From Paraspadella gotoi (lineage: Eukaryota > Animalia > Chaetognatha): DNA of 64,000 nt. Under the pieces are notes generated by a model that was not told the DNA's origin, ran no database searches, and saw only the letters and a list, made by a program, of their open reading frames with translations. Every line of letters begins with the position of its first letter. The stretch's first letter is position 1. The position numbers were made by a program, and so were the translations under genes. Of this stretch, positions 23,990 through 38,970 are shown piece by piece. Location: the NCBI GenBank assembly GCA_051294375.1, contig CM119263.1, positions 4,786,360 through 4,850,359 of the forward strand. Reading direction: 5' to 3'.

Positions 23990-24976
23990 GTCTTTTCTAT
24001 CTCTCTCTCGTCTCTCTCTCTCCCTCTCTCTTCTCTCTCATCTCTCTCTCTCTCTCTCTCCTCTCTTCGGTCTTTTCTATCTCTCTCTTCTTGATAAAAT
24101 ACCTTTTTTGAATATATACTTAAATAACATATTAAAAACTAAAGCATATTAAGATTCGTATCGAGAGAGAGTATGGAAAAAAAGAACGGATCTATGTGTA
24201 AACACTGAAATTGTAAACTAGTATATAGTTAGTCCACTTTGTAATTTTTTTGCTAATTTATTACATTTCTTGAAATAATGTGTAACTACAATATATGTAA
24301 GCTCATTAACAATTGCATGTTACTGTTTTTAAATTTTCACATTTTGAGCATAATAAATCAAATCAAATCAAAATCCTCTCTCTTCTTTCTCTCTCTCTCT
24401 TTCTTTCTCTCTCTCCATCTTTCTTTCTCTCTATGTCTGTCTGTCTGTCTGTCAGGTGGGTATTTTTGGGGACGAAGTAAAGAGACGATAAAAAATCGGA
24501 CGGTTGAACCGAATAACCAAAGTTGCGCCTTTGATCGACTGCGCTGCCGCTGCCGCCCTGCCGCAGCAAGCCGTCGCCGCCCACTGCAGCCGTGGCTCAA
24601 CTTTTCGCTTCGAGAAATAAATTCCCGAGTTTTTCAAGCATGGCTCTCCCCTTTTCTCACCGCCTCTCTCTCCTTCCCTCCTCTTTCCCTCTCTCTCTCT
24701 CTCTCTCGCTTTCTCCCCCCTTCTCTCACCCCTTTCCTCTCTCTCTCTCAAACCCCACGCTCGCAAATGTCCTTCCCTTAAATCTATGCGAAACCAAACA
24801 TAAAACTTTTTCGCGTCGATTAAGTCGGAAACAACAAAACAACAACAACAACAGAACAGCAACCCACGCCCTCAGAGTTTATCCGCTCATCTCGTCCGTT
24901 TTTTATTTTTCCTCTCAGATCGACAGACAGACGGACGACGATTCTAAACCGAAACTCGATAAAAGATTGTCACACG

Positions 24977-25016
<40 letters not shown>

Positions 25017-25024
25017 CGAGAGAT

Positions 25025-25064
<40 letters not shown>

Positions 25065-25181
25065 CAGAATCCCAGGGAGAAAGACATCCTAAATCACGAG
25101 AAAAAATGGAGGACCGAGACTCAGACTCCGGAAGTTAATGTCGTTGGGGAATGGAAACGCGGCGTCCCTTGTTTGCTTAGG

Positions 25182-25257
<76 letters not shown>

Positions 25258-26407
25258 TCTCTCTCCTCTCTCTCTCTCACTGAGCCTCCTTTCCCATCGC
25301 CACCCCGCATTCTCCTGTCCCTTCTCAGACTTTTCCCCTCGCCATCTATGCATACCTTCGCTCACACACCGCTGCAGCTTTTTTTGAAGGATTAGAAAGT
25401 GAGAACTTTTACCTTCCTCATTAATCATTTAATTTTCTTCTTTATAATCAACTATTTTCCATCTTTTCTTTCATGATTGTACAGATTAATTTGTGGATTA
25501 TTATTATTCTGATTAAGTTATTAAATTTTTTTATTCTATTGCCCTGAAGGTTTAATATTGATATTTTACATGGTAAATGATCATGTTTGTTTGTGGTTCA
25601 ATTAATAGCTGATAATTAATGATTTAATTAACTAATTACCAGTACACACAGTCATTATCAATTTAATAATCATTTAATTATCATTTAATAATTAGTAGTA
25701 CAAATTACATATCCTGAAATCAAAAGTACGGAAAAAAATTACATATGAGACCATTATTATATTCTACAAAGATAAAGAAATTAGTATTATAAAAATGATG
25801 CCTTTTTCATGATTAAAATAAAAATAAACTAATAATGGTTAAAGAGAAAAATTCACCCCTGAAATAGTAGCGAAAAAAATATTATGTTTGTTTTTAGTTA
25901 AAATAAATTGCGATACTTTTATAGAAATTGAGATCGAATGGAAATTTGAAATCCGAAATCAAAAAACAAAACAAAAGATGAAAACCGAAAGAAATAACGA
26001 AAGCCAGAAAGAAATTAAAAGGAACGATGCCGACGACGACCATAAGCACTCTTCCTTCCTCTCTCTCTCTCTCTCATCTCTCATCTCTCCTCTCTCTCTC
26101 TCTCTCGTCTTCTCTCTCTCTCGTCTCTCTCTCTCTCTCTCTTCTGCCTTTACACGCCTTTTTTTGGTAAATCTCTATTTGACGCATGCAAATCCGAGAT
26201 TTATCTATCATCTATCTATATAAGGTCATACTCTTATCCTGCTCTTCCCCTCTCTCATCTCTTCTTCTCTCTCTCTCTCTCTGTCTCTCTTCTCTCTCTC
26301 TCTCTCTCTTCTCACTTTATTTTTCTTATTCTCTTCACTCAATCTTTGAAAAAAAAATTTACACTGCGATAAATTGCTTTGCACCCTCTTCCCTATAATC
26401 CGCATTA

Positions 26408-26535
26408 CAAAACAACAACAACAACAACAACAACAAACAACAACAACCACAACAACAACAACAACACAAACAACAACAAACAACAACAACAACAAAAAAC
26501 AACAACAACAAAACAACAACAACAACAACAACAAC
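26408..26535 (+). repeat. (CAA)n microsatellite (second copy 31084-31218)
   Basis: Direct inspection. Confidence 0.95.
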
Positions 26536-28287
26536 AAAAAAGCGACAGAGCTAAGTCGCCACTGGAGATTAGTCTCTTGTTTCTCTCTCCTCTTTTCTTC
26601 CATCAAAGTAAATCCCATGTCAGCTCAATTAGTAAAAAATAACCTCTTTCTCTCTTTTTTTCTCCCTTTTTCTCTCTTTTTCTTTTTTATTCTCATAATT
26701 TTGTCCCGTTTCTCGTCTCTAGTTTATTTTCGACTTATTAATACTATTAAATGCTTGGATAACCATTAACCAGTCATTCTATTTCTGATTGGTCGATTGG
26801 GAGTTAGGACGGCCAATCGAACTATTGAATATTTATCCGAATCACGTTAATAAGTTAATTGTCTATTTTCTATTTTCCTTTCATTTCTTTCGCGCCGTTA
26901 GCTATTTTTCCCCCTAGGAATTAAAACTTTTATCGAGCGGTCAAACAGATTGTATAAATATAATCATAACATAAAAAAGATTTTAACAATTCATTGTTGT
27001 CAAAATTATATAACAACGTGCCCAGAACCCTACATAAAGTGTCTGCAGAAAATTGGGTTTTACTATTTTCTAAGCTTCTTCGGGTCGCGCGTTCGCAGGC
27101 GTCACACTCCTCCGAAAGGTACGAAAGAGTTTTTGATTAATTACTTTGTTATATTTTCGATTAATTAAACCCGTAAAAACTTTAGTTCAACGGGCAGACC
27201 GCTTACATGATTCGATATGAATATTGAATGAACATTTCGACAATCGAGATCTAAACATTAAAAAACGGATAAAGAATGTGGGTCAAATTTACTTGACCTG
27301 ACAAAAAAGGGAGAGGCGAGCATCACATTTTCATCAGTGTCCTTGTCGTTATTAAGTAAATTAAATAAATGTACGTAATTCTCACTTTTTAATCTTTTTT
27401 CTTTTTAATAGTTTTTTTTCCTGGTGTACTTTTTTTTTCGATGTCCGAAATCTCTCCACTCCCCTTTGCCCCCCATTTCTATCCTCCATTCCTCAATCCA
27501 AACAAGCGACGACGACGACGACGACGACGACGAAACGTCAACAACACAGTTAACCACCGCCGCCGCAGCCACGGCAGTAGCAACACCAGCAGACGACGCC
27601 CATACGCTGCACCACGCTAATCCACTTATGCTTTGGATTGGAAACTCTTTTTTTTTCTATTCTTCGCCTAAAAGAGAAAAGGGAGAGAGGCACCCTCGTT
27701 TGAGGTCAAATCTTGCAACGCCATTCCTTCTATTTATTTTGTCTCCTTCTATCTCTTTTATCTTCCTTCTATCTTTTTTCTCCTCCTCTATCTCTTTACT
27801 TTTATTTCTATTTTCTTTTCGTTCCCTCTATCTCTTTTCTCTTACCTCTATCTGTTTTCTCTTTCCTCTATTTTTCGTTTGTTTTTTTTTTGGCTGTATA
27901 TTCGATATGTGGGACGGGATGGAGAGAGAGAGAGAGAGAAGAGAGAGAGGAGAGAGAGAGAGAGAAGATAGAGAGAGAGAAGAGAGGGAGGAGAGGAGAG
28001 AGAGGAGAGACAGAGAAAGAGAGAGACAAAAGAAAAGATTAAACTGCTGACAACAAAGCCAACTAAAAAAAAAAAATGAAAAATAGTGGAACCGAAAAAA
28101 AGAGAGAAAAAGTCTTGAGTTTTTGGCGACGACAATAAAAAACATGACAAAAACTGTTACGAACCACCATTTTCACCGTCCATAAATTTATGGGGCTCCA
28201 AATATTCATATTCTGAAGAGGGTACGGGAGAGAGAGAGAGAGAGAGCGAGAGAAGCGAGAAGAGAGAGAGAGAAAGAGAGAGAGAAC

Positions 28288-28393
28288 CGGTCCAAAGGTC
28301 CATCAAGTCATCCAAATCCATCGGTGCCGGGTCGTCTTTGAGAAGCAGAACCTCGCATTTGCTTATTAGGCGATTCCGGTTTGCATGAAATCC
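28288..28393 (-). CDS. Possible isolated exon of an unknown protein
   Basis: A unique island between (AG)n tracts. The minus frame GFHANRNRLISKCEVLLLKDDPAPMDLDDLMDLWT ends at G|gttct, and the acceptor is imperfect. Confidence 0.25.
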
Positions 28394-29736
28394 AAATAGA
28401 GAGAGAGTAAAAGAGAGTATAGAGAGAGAGGAGAGAGAAGAGAGAGAGAGCCAATTGACAAGCCCCTATGATTAATTACTGATTTTCTTGTATTTTTTCC
28501 ATTTTTCCCTTTTACCACACTCCTCCGGTGAGAATGGAGGAGGGAAGGGAAATATACTAACTCCCAAAAGGAAAACCTAAAAAGGAAGGAAAGATAAGGA
28601 AATAGAGATACTAGAAACAATAAATCAAAGACAAATACCCAAAAGGTATAACGATACGTCGGTATTATGCGGTCTGTAACGTTGTTTTTATCGTGCGTTA
28701 GTGATCTTACGAAATGACCTAAAAACAAACAAATTTTTCGCAAACAATTTAATTATTTATTTTAAATTATTAAGTTAATTTCATTACTTAATTAAGTAAA
28801 ATAAATTAAACGTAGTAAATTACCGGCATAAAGAAATGGAATAGGGAANNNNNNNNNNNNNNNNNNNNNNNNNTAAATAACATATAAAAACTAAAGCATA
28901 TTAAGATTCGTATAGAGAGAGTATGGAAAAAAAGGAACGGGATCTATGTGTAAACACTTAAATTGTAAACTATGTATATAGTTAGTCCACTTTGTAATTT
29001 TTTTTCTAATTTATTTACATTTCTTTAAATAATGTGTACATACAATATATGTACAGCTCATTAACAATTGCATGTTACTGTTTTAAATTTTCACATTTTG
29101 AGCATAATAAATCAAATCAAATCAAAATCTCTCTCTCTTTCTTTCTCTCTCTCTCTTTCTTTCTCTCTCTCCATCTTTCTTTCTCTCTATGTCTGTCTGT
29201 CTGTCTGTCGGTGGGTATTTTTGGGACGAAGTAAAGAGACGATAAAAAATCGGACGGTTGAACCGAATAACCATAGATGCGCCTTTGATCGACTGCCGCT
29301 GCCGCTGCCGCCTTGCCGCAGCAGCCGTCGCCGCCCACTGCAGCCGTGGCTCAACTTTTCGCTTCGGAGGAAATAATTCCGAGTTTTTCAAAGATGGCTC
29401 TCCCCTTTCTCTCCGCCTCTCTCTCGCTCTCCCTCCTCTTTCCCTCTCTCTCTCTCTCTCTCGCTTTCTCCCCCCCTTCTCTCACCCCTTTCCCTCTCTC
29501 TCTCTCAAACCCCACGCTCGCAAATGTCCTTCCCTTAAATTCTATGCGAAACCAAACATAAAACTTTTTCGCGTCGATTAAGTCGGAAACAACAACAACA
29601 ACAACAACAACAGAACAACAACCCACGCCCCTCAGAGTTTATCCGCTCATCCTCGTCCGTTTTTATTTCTTCCTCTCAGATCGACAGACAGACGGACGAC
29701 GATTCTAAACCGAAACTCGATAAAAGATTGTCACAC

Positions 29737-29777
<41 letters not shown>

Positions 29778-29950
29778 AGACAGAGAGTCACGAATCGAGG
29801 AAACATCCAAATCACAAACGAAAATGGAGGACGAACTTCACGACTTAGGAAGTTATGCTTTGGGAATGGAAAGCGGGCGTCCCTTTTTGCTGAGGACCTT
29901 GCTCTCCTCTGCCTCTCTCTCTCCTCTCTCTCGTCTCTTTCTCTCTCCCT

Positions 29951-29985
<35 letters not shown>

Positions 29986-30751
29986 CTCCTCACTGAATCC
30001 TCCTTTCCCAATCGCACTCGCATCTCCTGCCCTCTCAGAACTCCCCTCGCCCATCTATGCATACCTTCCCACAACACCGTCAAGCTTTTTGAAGAATTAG
30101 AAAGTGAGAAACTTTTACCTTCCTCATTAATCATTTAATTTCTTCTTTATAATAACTATTTTCCATTTTTCTTTCATGATTGTAGCAGATTAATTTGTGG
30201 ATTATTATTATTCTGATTAAGTTATTAAATTTTTTTATTCTATTGCCCTGAAGGTTTAATATTGATATTTTACATTGGTAAATGATCATGTTTGTTTGTG
30301 GTTCAATTAATAGCTGAATAATTAATGATTTAATTAACTTAATTACCAGTACACACAGTCATTATCATTTAATTATCATTTAATTATCATTTAATAATTA
30401 TAGTACACATTACATCATCCTGATCAAAAGTACGGAAAAAAATTCATATGAGCCATGTATTCATTTTATATTCTACAAAGTTAAAGAAATTAGTACTTAT
30501 AAAAATGATGCCTTTTTCATGACTAAAATAAAATAAACTAATAATGTTAAAGAGAAAAATTCACCCCGAAATTGTAGGAAAAAAAATATTATGTTGTTTT
30601 TTAAGTTAAAAGAAACTGCGATACTTTTAATAGAAATTGAGATCGAATGGAAATTTGAAATCCGAAATCAAAAACAAAACAAAAGATGAAACGAAAGAAA
30701 ACGAAAGCAGAAAAGAATTAAAAGTGAACGATGCCGACGACGAACATAAGC

Positions 30752-30782
<31 letters not shown>

Positions 30783-31083
30783 AAAAACCCACCCATAAGA
30801 GAGAGATTCTCTCTCTCTTCCCTTTCACTTTTGGTAAATAGCTATATTTGACGCATCAAATCCGAGATTATCTAATCATACATCAAAAGGTCATAACTCT
30901 ATCTCTCTCTCTCATCTCTCCATCATCTCTCTCTCTCTTCTCTCATCTCTCTCTCATCATCTCTCTCTGTCTCTCTCATCTCTCTCTCTCACTTTTTTTC
31001 TTATTCTCTTACATCAATACTGAAAAAAAAAATTTAAACACTGCGATAAATTCTTTGCAAACCTCTTCCCTATAATCCGCATT

Positions 31084-31132
<49 letters not shown>

Positions 31133-33669
31133 ACAACAACAACAACAAGCAACAACAACAACAACAACAACAACAACACAACAACACAACAACAACAACA
31201 ACAACAACAAAACAACACANNNNNNNNNNNNNNNNNNNNNNNNNAAAAGCGACAAGAGCTAAGTCCGCCACTGGAGATTAGTCTCTTGTTTCTCTCTCCT
31301 CTTTTCTTCCATCAAAGTAAATCCCATGTCACTCAATTAGTAAAAATAACCCTTTCTCTCTTTTTTCTCCCTTTTTTCTCTCTTTCTTCTTTTTTATTCT
31401 CATAATTTTGTCCCGTTTCTCGTCTCTAGTTTATTTTCGACTTATTACTACTATTAAATGCTTGGATAACCATTAACCAGTCATTCTATTTTCTGATTGG
31501 TCGATTGGGAGTTAGGACGGCCAATCGGAACTATTGAATATTTATCCGAATCACGTTAATAAGTTAATTTTCTATTTTCTATTTTCCTTCCATTTCTTTC
31601 GCGCCGTTAGCTATTTTTCCCCCTAGGAATTTAAAACTTTATCGAGCTGGTTAAACAGATGTATAAAATAATCATAACATAAAAAAGATTTTAAAATTCA
31701 TTGTTGTCAAAATTATATAACAACGGTGCCCGAGACCCTACATAAAGTGTCTGCAGAAAATTGTTTACTATTTTCTATGCTTCTTGGGTCGCGCGTTCGA
31801 GGCGTCACCCGTCCGAAAGGTACGAAAAGAGTTTTGATTAATTACTTTGTTATATTTTCATTAATTAAACCCGTAGAAACTTTAGTTCAAACGGGCAGAC
31901 GCTTACATGATTCGATATGATATTGAATGAGACATTTCGACAAACGAGACTAAACATTAAAAACGGAATAAAGAATGTGTTCAAATTTACTTGACCTGAC
32001 AAAAAAGGGAGAGGCGAAGCATCACATTTTCATCAGTGTCCTTGTCGTTATTAAGTAAATTAAATAAATGTAGTAATTCTCACTTTTTAATCTTTTTTCT
32101 TTTTAATAGTTTTTTCCTTTGGTGTATTTTTTTTCGATGTCCGAATTCTCTCCACTCCCCTTCCCCCCATTTCTATCCTCCATCCTCAATCCAAACAAGC
32201 GACGACGACGACGACGAAACGTCAACAACAACAGTTAACCACCGCCGCCGCAGCCACGGCAGTAGCAACACCAGCAGACGACGCCCATACGCTGCACCGA
32301 CGCTAATCCACTTATGCTTTGGATGGAAAATCTTTTTTTTTTCTATTCTTCGCCTAAAAGAGAAAAGGGAGAGAGGCACCCCTCGTTTGAAGGTCAATCT
32401 TGCAACGCCCTTCCTTCTATTTATTTTGTCTTCCTTCTATTTCTTTTATCTTCCTTCTATCTTTTTTCTCCTCCCTCTATCTCTTTACTTTTATTTCTAT
32501 TTCTTTTCGTTTCCCTCTATCTCTTTTCTCTTACCTCTATTATTTTCTCTTTCCTCTATTTTCTGTTTTTTTTTGGCTGTTATTAATGTCGATATGTGGG
32601 ACGGGAGAGAGAGAAGAGAGGAGAGAGAGAAGAGAGGACAGAGAAAGAAGAGAACAAAAGGAAAAAGATTAACTGTGCAAAAAAGCCAACTCAAAAAAAA
32701 AATGAAAAGTGGACCGAAAAAAGAGGAGAAAAGTCTTGAGTTTTGGCGACGACAATAAAAAACATGACAAAAACTGTTACGAACCACATTTTCACGTCAT
32801 AAATTTAATGGGGCTCCAAATATTCATATTCNNNNNNNNNNNNNNNNNNNNNNNNNNNNNNNNNNNNNNNNNNNNNNNNNNNNNNNNNNNNNNNNNNNNN
32901 NNNNNNNNNNNNNNNNNNNNNNNNNNNNNNNNNNNNNNNNNNNNNNNNNNNNNNNNNNNNNNNNNNNNNNNNNNNNNNNNNNNNNNNNNNNNNNNNNNNN
33001 NNNNNNNNNNNNNNNNNNNNNNGAGAGAGAGAGAGAGAGCGATTGACAAGCTATTAAATTGTCTGATTTCTGTTTTTTTCCATTTTTTCCCTTTTGTCGA
33101 ACGACGGCGCCTGAGGTAATGGAGCGAGGGGGGAAGGAAATTGAATCAAACTCCGTGAAAAGGAAAGAGAAAAGGGAAGAAAGGAAAGGAAAGAGAATAG
33201 AAAAAAAAGGAAAGGNNNNNNNNNNNNNNNNNNNNNNNNNNNNNNNNNNNNNNNNNNNNNNNNNNNNNNNNNNNNNNNNNNNNNNNNNNNNNNNNNNNNN
33301 NNNNNNNNNNNNNNNNNNNNNNNNNNNNNNNNNNNNNNNNNNNNNNNNNNNNNNNGGAAAGGAAAGGAAAGGAAAGGAAAGGAAAGGAAAGCAAATAATT
33401 AAGTGGAGGTAATTCGATATCGGATCCACGATGAACGAAATGTCGCGTTATTCGTCTCGGAATAATGAGGTAAGTATCAGGCGGGTAAGTTCGCATCGAA
33501 AAAGGAAATGGTAGCCATGGAAACGCAAAATGGTTCATAAAGCGACGACGTCGGAGTAAATATTGATTTTCGATACGAATTATTATGGGATTATGGTGCT
33601 GTTAGCTTTCTCGGTATGGACCATGAAATTGGCCAGAAAAAAGGTCCTATGGGAAAAAAGGCAATTTTC

Positions 33670-33748
<79 letters not shown>

Positions 33749-34227
33749 TTATAAAACAAATAATGTCAGCCAAATATATAATAACAATAATAACAATAAT
33801 CATACATATAATTAATATTTCTGACAGAAGGCATTGAATCACCTAATTACATTAGGAATTAATAGACGAGAGTGATTTTGTCGAGATAAAAGGATGCAAT
33901 CATACAAGGAAGGAAAGAAAGACGGACAGTAGATGGAAAAAGGATGAAAGAAAGAAAAAAATGAGGAAAGAAAAAAAAATAAAAAGGAGGAAAGAAAGAA
34001 AATAAAAAAAAGGAAAGAAAGAAAATAAAAAAGGAGGAAAGAAGAGGAGAAACGGGAATCCTTTGTTTTTACTTGATTGAGTTGATTGCGCTGTTCAGTC
34101 AGGCGGAGGCGAGCAGTCAATCAGGCAAGACTGATTGACTACAGATTTGAAACTCGTTTACCGAGGGAAAAAGAGAGGAAAGGATAAAAAAAAAGAAAAA
34201 AGAAAGAAAGAAAAAAAGAAAGAATGA

Positions 34228-34283
<56 letters not shown>

Positions 34284-34459
34284 AATTTCAATATCCTTTG
34301 CCATCTAACCTTAATAATTTAATAATGAAAATTCTATCTCTTTTACTAATCACATATCACTGCTTAATTACCACTTCACCTACATCTTCCAATCACCTAC
34401 CACTCCATCTCATCACCTCCCTCTCCTATTTTAANNNNNNNNNNNNNNNNNNNNNNNNN

Positions 34460-34875
34460 AGGGAGGGGGAGGTCTGATTAAAAAGGAAAGGAATACAGTA
34501 GGGCGGAGCCGATTAAAAAGAAGGGAGAGGTGAATTAAAAACAGGAAAGGGGAGCGCGATTAAAAACAGAGGGGGGAGTGATTAAAAGGACGGAAGGCCG
34601 ACGGCGATTAAACCACAGCAAGAGGGCGCGAGCAGGTGATTAAAAAAAAAAGGGAGCTAAAACGGGGCGGGAGCGGAATGTAAATAAAGGAGAGGGACGC
34701 AAAAGAGCCGCGAGAGAGGGGAGGTGGATTTTAAAAAAAGTTAAAGAGAGGGCGGAGTGACAATTAAAATAGGAGGGGAGGTTGAATTAAGAAGGCAGAG
34801 GCAAGGTGCCTTAAAAGGAAAGTGAGGGCGAATTATAAAAAGGAGAGGGGGAGAGAGGGGGAGGTTGATTAAATA
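34460..34875. repeat. Noisy purine-rich minisatellite of about 24 bp (gattaaaaaggagaggggaggt-like)
   Basis: A gattaaaaa...ggagg unit recurs throughout. Confidence 0.65.
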
Positions 34876-35974
34876 GGACGGGGAGAGTGATGAAATGGGT
34901 GGTAGGTGATTGGAAAGATTGTGAGCGTAAGTGGTAATTAAGGGCGGAATGATATGTGGATTAGTAAAAAGATAAGAATTCATTTAATTTAAAAATTTAT
35001 TAAGGTTACGACTGGCAAAGGATATTGCAAATTTCTTTCTTTCTTCTTTCTTCTTTGTCCTTCGGCTTGACGCAGGGTCTTTCTTGAGAGATTATAGATC
35101 ATTTTTTAATCACCTCCCCTATCTCCCCCTCCCCTTCGGTCTGATGCCTTTAATCGATTGTTTTCTCTTCCTCCGCTGATTTTTATCGTCGCCACGAAAC
35201 GCGACGCGTGGAACCGTCGTTTATGGCGGCGGTCAATCTGTGGAGGGAGGGGGTGGAAGAGAGGCCGGGATTTCTCGGCCGTCCCCCCCCCATGTCCGGC
35301 GCCGGGAGGAGAGGTAGGGGCGGTCAGGGGAAGGGGGCAGGAGAACAAGATGCGACCCGAAGTTACCAATGTGATCAGAGAGCCAAGGGGTAAGTTTGGC
35401 GCTGATGAAAGAAGAGGATTGGACGAATAGGTGATGTATTGAGAGAAACAAATTTTATTGTATTTACGATGGGCTGATTGGCGTTTGACTGACAATTTGA
35501 TCGGCATTTGATTCATATTTGATTGACATTTGATTGGCATTTTATTGTGATTTGACGGGCATGTGATTGAGATTTGATTGACATTTGATTAATATTTGCT
35601 TGGCATTTGTATGACATTCGAAGGACATTTGATTGGTCCCTAGTTTATCTTCGTACCCAAAACTATTTTTAGATTCGCTTTTGTGATTTGAGAAAACAAC
35701 CACAGTAAAAACGACACGAAAAAAACCACCGCAACAAAACAGAAAAAAAACCACAGCAACTCCAAGCGATATAAACGTAACCTTTAAAACACTCTATCAC
35801 AAACAAAATCAAAACGAAGTAAAGTAAAGTATTAAAAATGAAATCGAAAATATTGAAATTCTCATAGATAAAAAAAAAAGTCATAACGAATTTGGTTTTC
35901 GATTTTAAAAACCTCATCTCGCCCTTACTTCGTCCTTACCTTCAGTCTGTCGACGCATGTTGCACCGAGAGAGA

Positions 35975-36018
<44 letters not shown>

Positions 36019-36151
36019 GAAAAAATTTTGTAGGTGGCTCTTGTATTGGCGGCAACGCTCGAGAGAGAAAAACATTAAGCCTTGCGATTTGAAGTAAACA
36101 AAGAATGAGTTAAGAGGAAAAGCGTATAGCTAAGGGAATGCTCTCTCTCTC

Positions 36152-36215
<64 letters not shown>

Positions 36216-36551
36216 NNNNNNNNNNNNNNNNNNNNNNNNNTCTCGCCATTCCCCCACCTGCTCCTCAACGCCTACCCCCTACGCCCATCCCGCCGCCCAA
36301 ATCCCCCCCCTCCGTCGGGTTCTTTGCGCTCCGCACTTTTTCATCTTCTTTCCAAATTGTCGTGCTGATTCCGGTTGAATAAACCTTCCCCCCACCCGTA
36401 ACTTACATTGACGAGCCATGAAAAGTTTTTTGTCAATTTTCTAATGGAAAATGTTTGGGGATGATTCATCCCCGAAAAGATTAGAACAATTTCAATTTTT
36501 GGGACGGTGGTGGGAGAGAGATCTATTTGTTCTCTCTCCTCTCTCTCTCTT

Positions 36552-36595
<44 letters not shown>

Positions 36596-38207
36596 TCCTT
36601 TCTTCTCCTCTCTCTCTCTCTCATGCTCTCTCTCTCTCTCTCTCTCATCTTTCACTTTCTCTCTATAGTGATAGTTAAACCTTTAGAATCAGTTGCTTCC
36701 TTCGTCTCTCTCTGCCTCATCTCTCTGTCTCTCTCTTCCTCAATCTCTCCTCTGCTCTTCTTTAATCTGATACGGGAAAAAAAAAAAAAAAAAAAACTCT
36801 TCACTCCACTCTTTCACTTTTCTTCTCTCCTCCTCTCTCTCTCTATCGCTCTCTCTCTCTCGTCTTCTTCTCTCTCCTCTCTCTCTCTCTCTCTCTGCTC
36901 CTCATTCTCTCTCTTCTCCTCTCATCATCTCTCTCGCTCCTCTTTCCCTTCCTTTCCCCCTCAAAAAAATTGTATTTCAGATTTTTTTCTCCTTTCACTT
37001 TTTTGTTGAGTTTTGACGCCAGTGAATTTTTGCGTGACTTTCTTTGTCGTGGAGATTCACTATTCCTGTTCGTGTTGAGACTTTTATTGTCATAATTTGC
37101 GGAATTTAATTTAATTTAAACATGATTTATGTTTATAAATTATTGGTACATAAAACGTGTTAATTGTTTAATAACTTTTTCTTTCATTTTGGTGAAAATT
37201 CTGAAAAAAACTGATGTTTGTCAAGATTTTTCGAGGGTACGGGAAAAACAAATAAATTATGAGAGGAAAATAAATTTTCTCTCTGTTTCTCTTCTTCACT
37301 GCTCTTTCATATCTTCTCTCTCTTCCTCTCTCCTTCCTCTCTCTTCTCTCTCCTGCTCTCTCCTCTGACATGCCTAGGAGAGAGTCCAAAAACATTTCAT
37401 CTGGATAAAAAGAGTAATTAGAAACAACCTCTTAAACAACATTAAATTAGTTAGCGGAAAAATTTAGATAAATGTTTTAAGTATAAGGAATTTAAAAAAA
37501 ATAAGTTCAAACAAAGAAGAAAGTCTGAGCAAGACAGAAAGTGAAATCTGAGCTAAATAATAAAAAAAGGCCAACGATAAAATATGAGGGAGAAAAAAAA
37601 AGCAGAGAGAAAGAGGGCAGGGTGTCGAAAATAAATGTGAAAAAGGAGAACAAAAGAAAAAAATGAAAATAAGGGAAAAATGGGGAAAAAAATGGAAAAT
37701 GGAAAAAAAAATGGGAAAAAAATCGGCAGAATGGATTCGGGGAAAGAATCTCGACGGGAGACTCATATTGAAAAATGTGTTTGAAAAAGGAAATCCCCTG
37801 GAGAGAGAGAGGACGAGAGAGATGAGAGACAAGGAGAGAGAGAGAGAGAGGAGAGAGAGATGAGAGAGAGAGACTAGAGGAGAAGAAATAAATTGTTGGT
37901 TAGGTGGCTCTTGTATTGGGCGCAACGCTCGAAGAGAGAAAAACATAAGCTTGGCGGATTTGACAAGTAAACAAAGAATGAGTAAGAGGAAAAGCAGTAT
38001 AGTCTAAGGGAATGCCCTCTCCTCTCTCGTCTCTCCGTCCTCTCTCTCTCTCTCTCTCTCTCTGCTCTCTCTCTTCTCTCTCTCTCTCTCATCTGTCTCC
38101 TTCTCCTCGCCTGCCTGTTATGAATTCGTCAATTCAACTTTTCAATTAAAACGATGTTAATATTGGTTAATAATATCAATGAGGATTTTTAAAACTAACG
38201 GAGGTAT

Positions 38208-38970
38208 CTGTGGCGGTTATATTCACACCGCCTTCAGTCCACCATCCGTCAGCCAAATCCATTGGCTCAGAGGTGGGAACACACCATCCAGGGCGATAGT
38301 GTTCCATCACAGTCCTAACGAGCTTCCCTCTGGTTGGCAAAGCGAGGACCGGTCCTAGGGTAACCGCGCAGTGACACTGGAGGCGTCACTGAGGGTCGGG
38401 AAGCCCCCAAAGCCAACAGTGAGATGCCCCATCCCAATGGGCATTCACAGGCAACCCGGCTGTTGCCATAGTGGTGAGCCTACTATCGACACGCAACTTC
38501 TCAGGGTACGCACGACAAACGCCTATGCCCCTGCCGAACTTTGGCGTACGCTACCGACAACGGTCCTATGCCCTTGGGGTACGCTACGACAAACGCCTAT
38601 GTCCCCCACAACTCGTGCTCTCTCTCTCTCTCCCACTATGGTAACAGTCTTGTTCAGACACCTCTCAGGCTTGAGGAACCTGAGTGATGTCTTGGCCCGG
38701 TGGTCTGATGGCGCGTATATTCACACGCCTCACGGCCACCATCCGTCAGCCAAATCCATTGGCTCAGAGGGGGGAACACACCCATCCCAAGGCGTAGTGT
38801 TCCATTTCCACAGTCCTAACGACTTCCCTCTGCGTTGGCAAAAGCGAGGACCGTCCTAGGGTAACCGCCCCCCGCAGTGACTGGAGGCGTCACTGAGGTC
38901 GGAAGCCCCCAAAGCCCAACAGTGAGATGCCCCATCCCAATGGGCATCACAGCAACCGGCTGTTGCCATA
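38208..38970 (+). mobile_element. Non-autonomous miniature LTR retroelement (TRIM-like), 763 bp
   Basis: Direct repeats 38208-38470 and 38705-38970 have inverted termini TGTGGC...GCCATA. A PBS-like TGGTGAGCC is at 38472. The flanking duplication is GTAT (38204-38207 and 38971-38974). The empty site ggagGTATtatc is at 42574-42585 in the duplicated copy of the locus. Confidence 0.85.

Larger units (their letters stand above)
24120..33160. repeat. Direct duplication of about 4.3 kb (about 24120-28570 vs 28874-33160)
   Basis: Collinear near-identical sequence restarts right after the 25-N gap 28849-28873. Confidence 0.9.
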
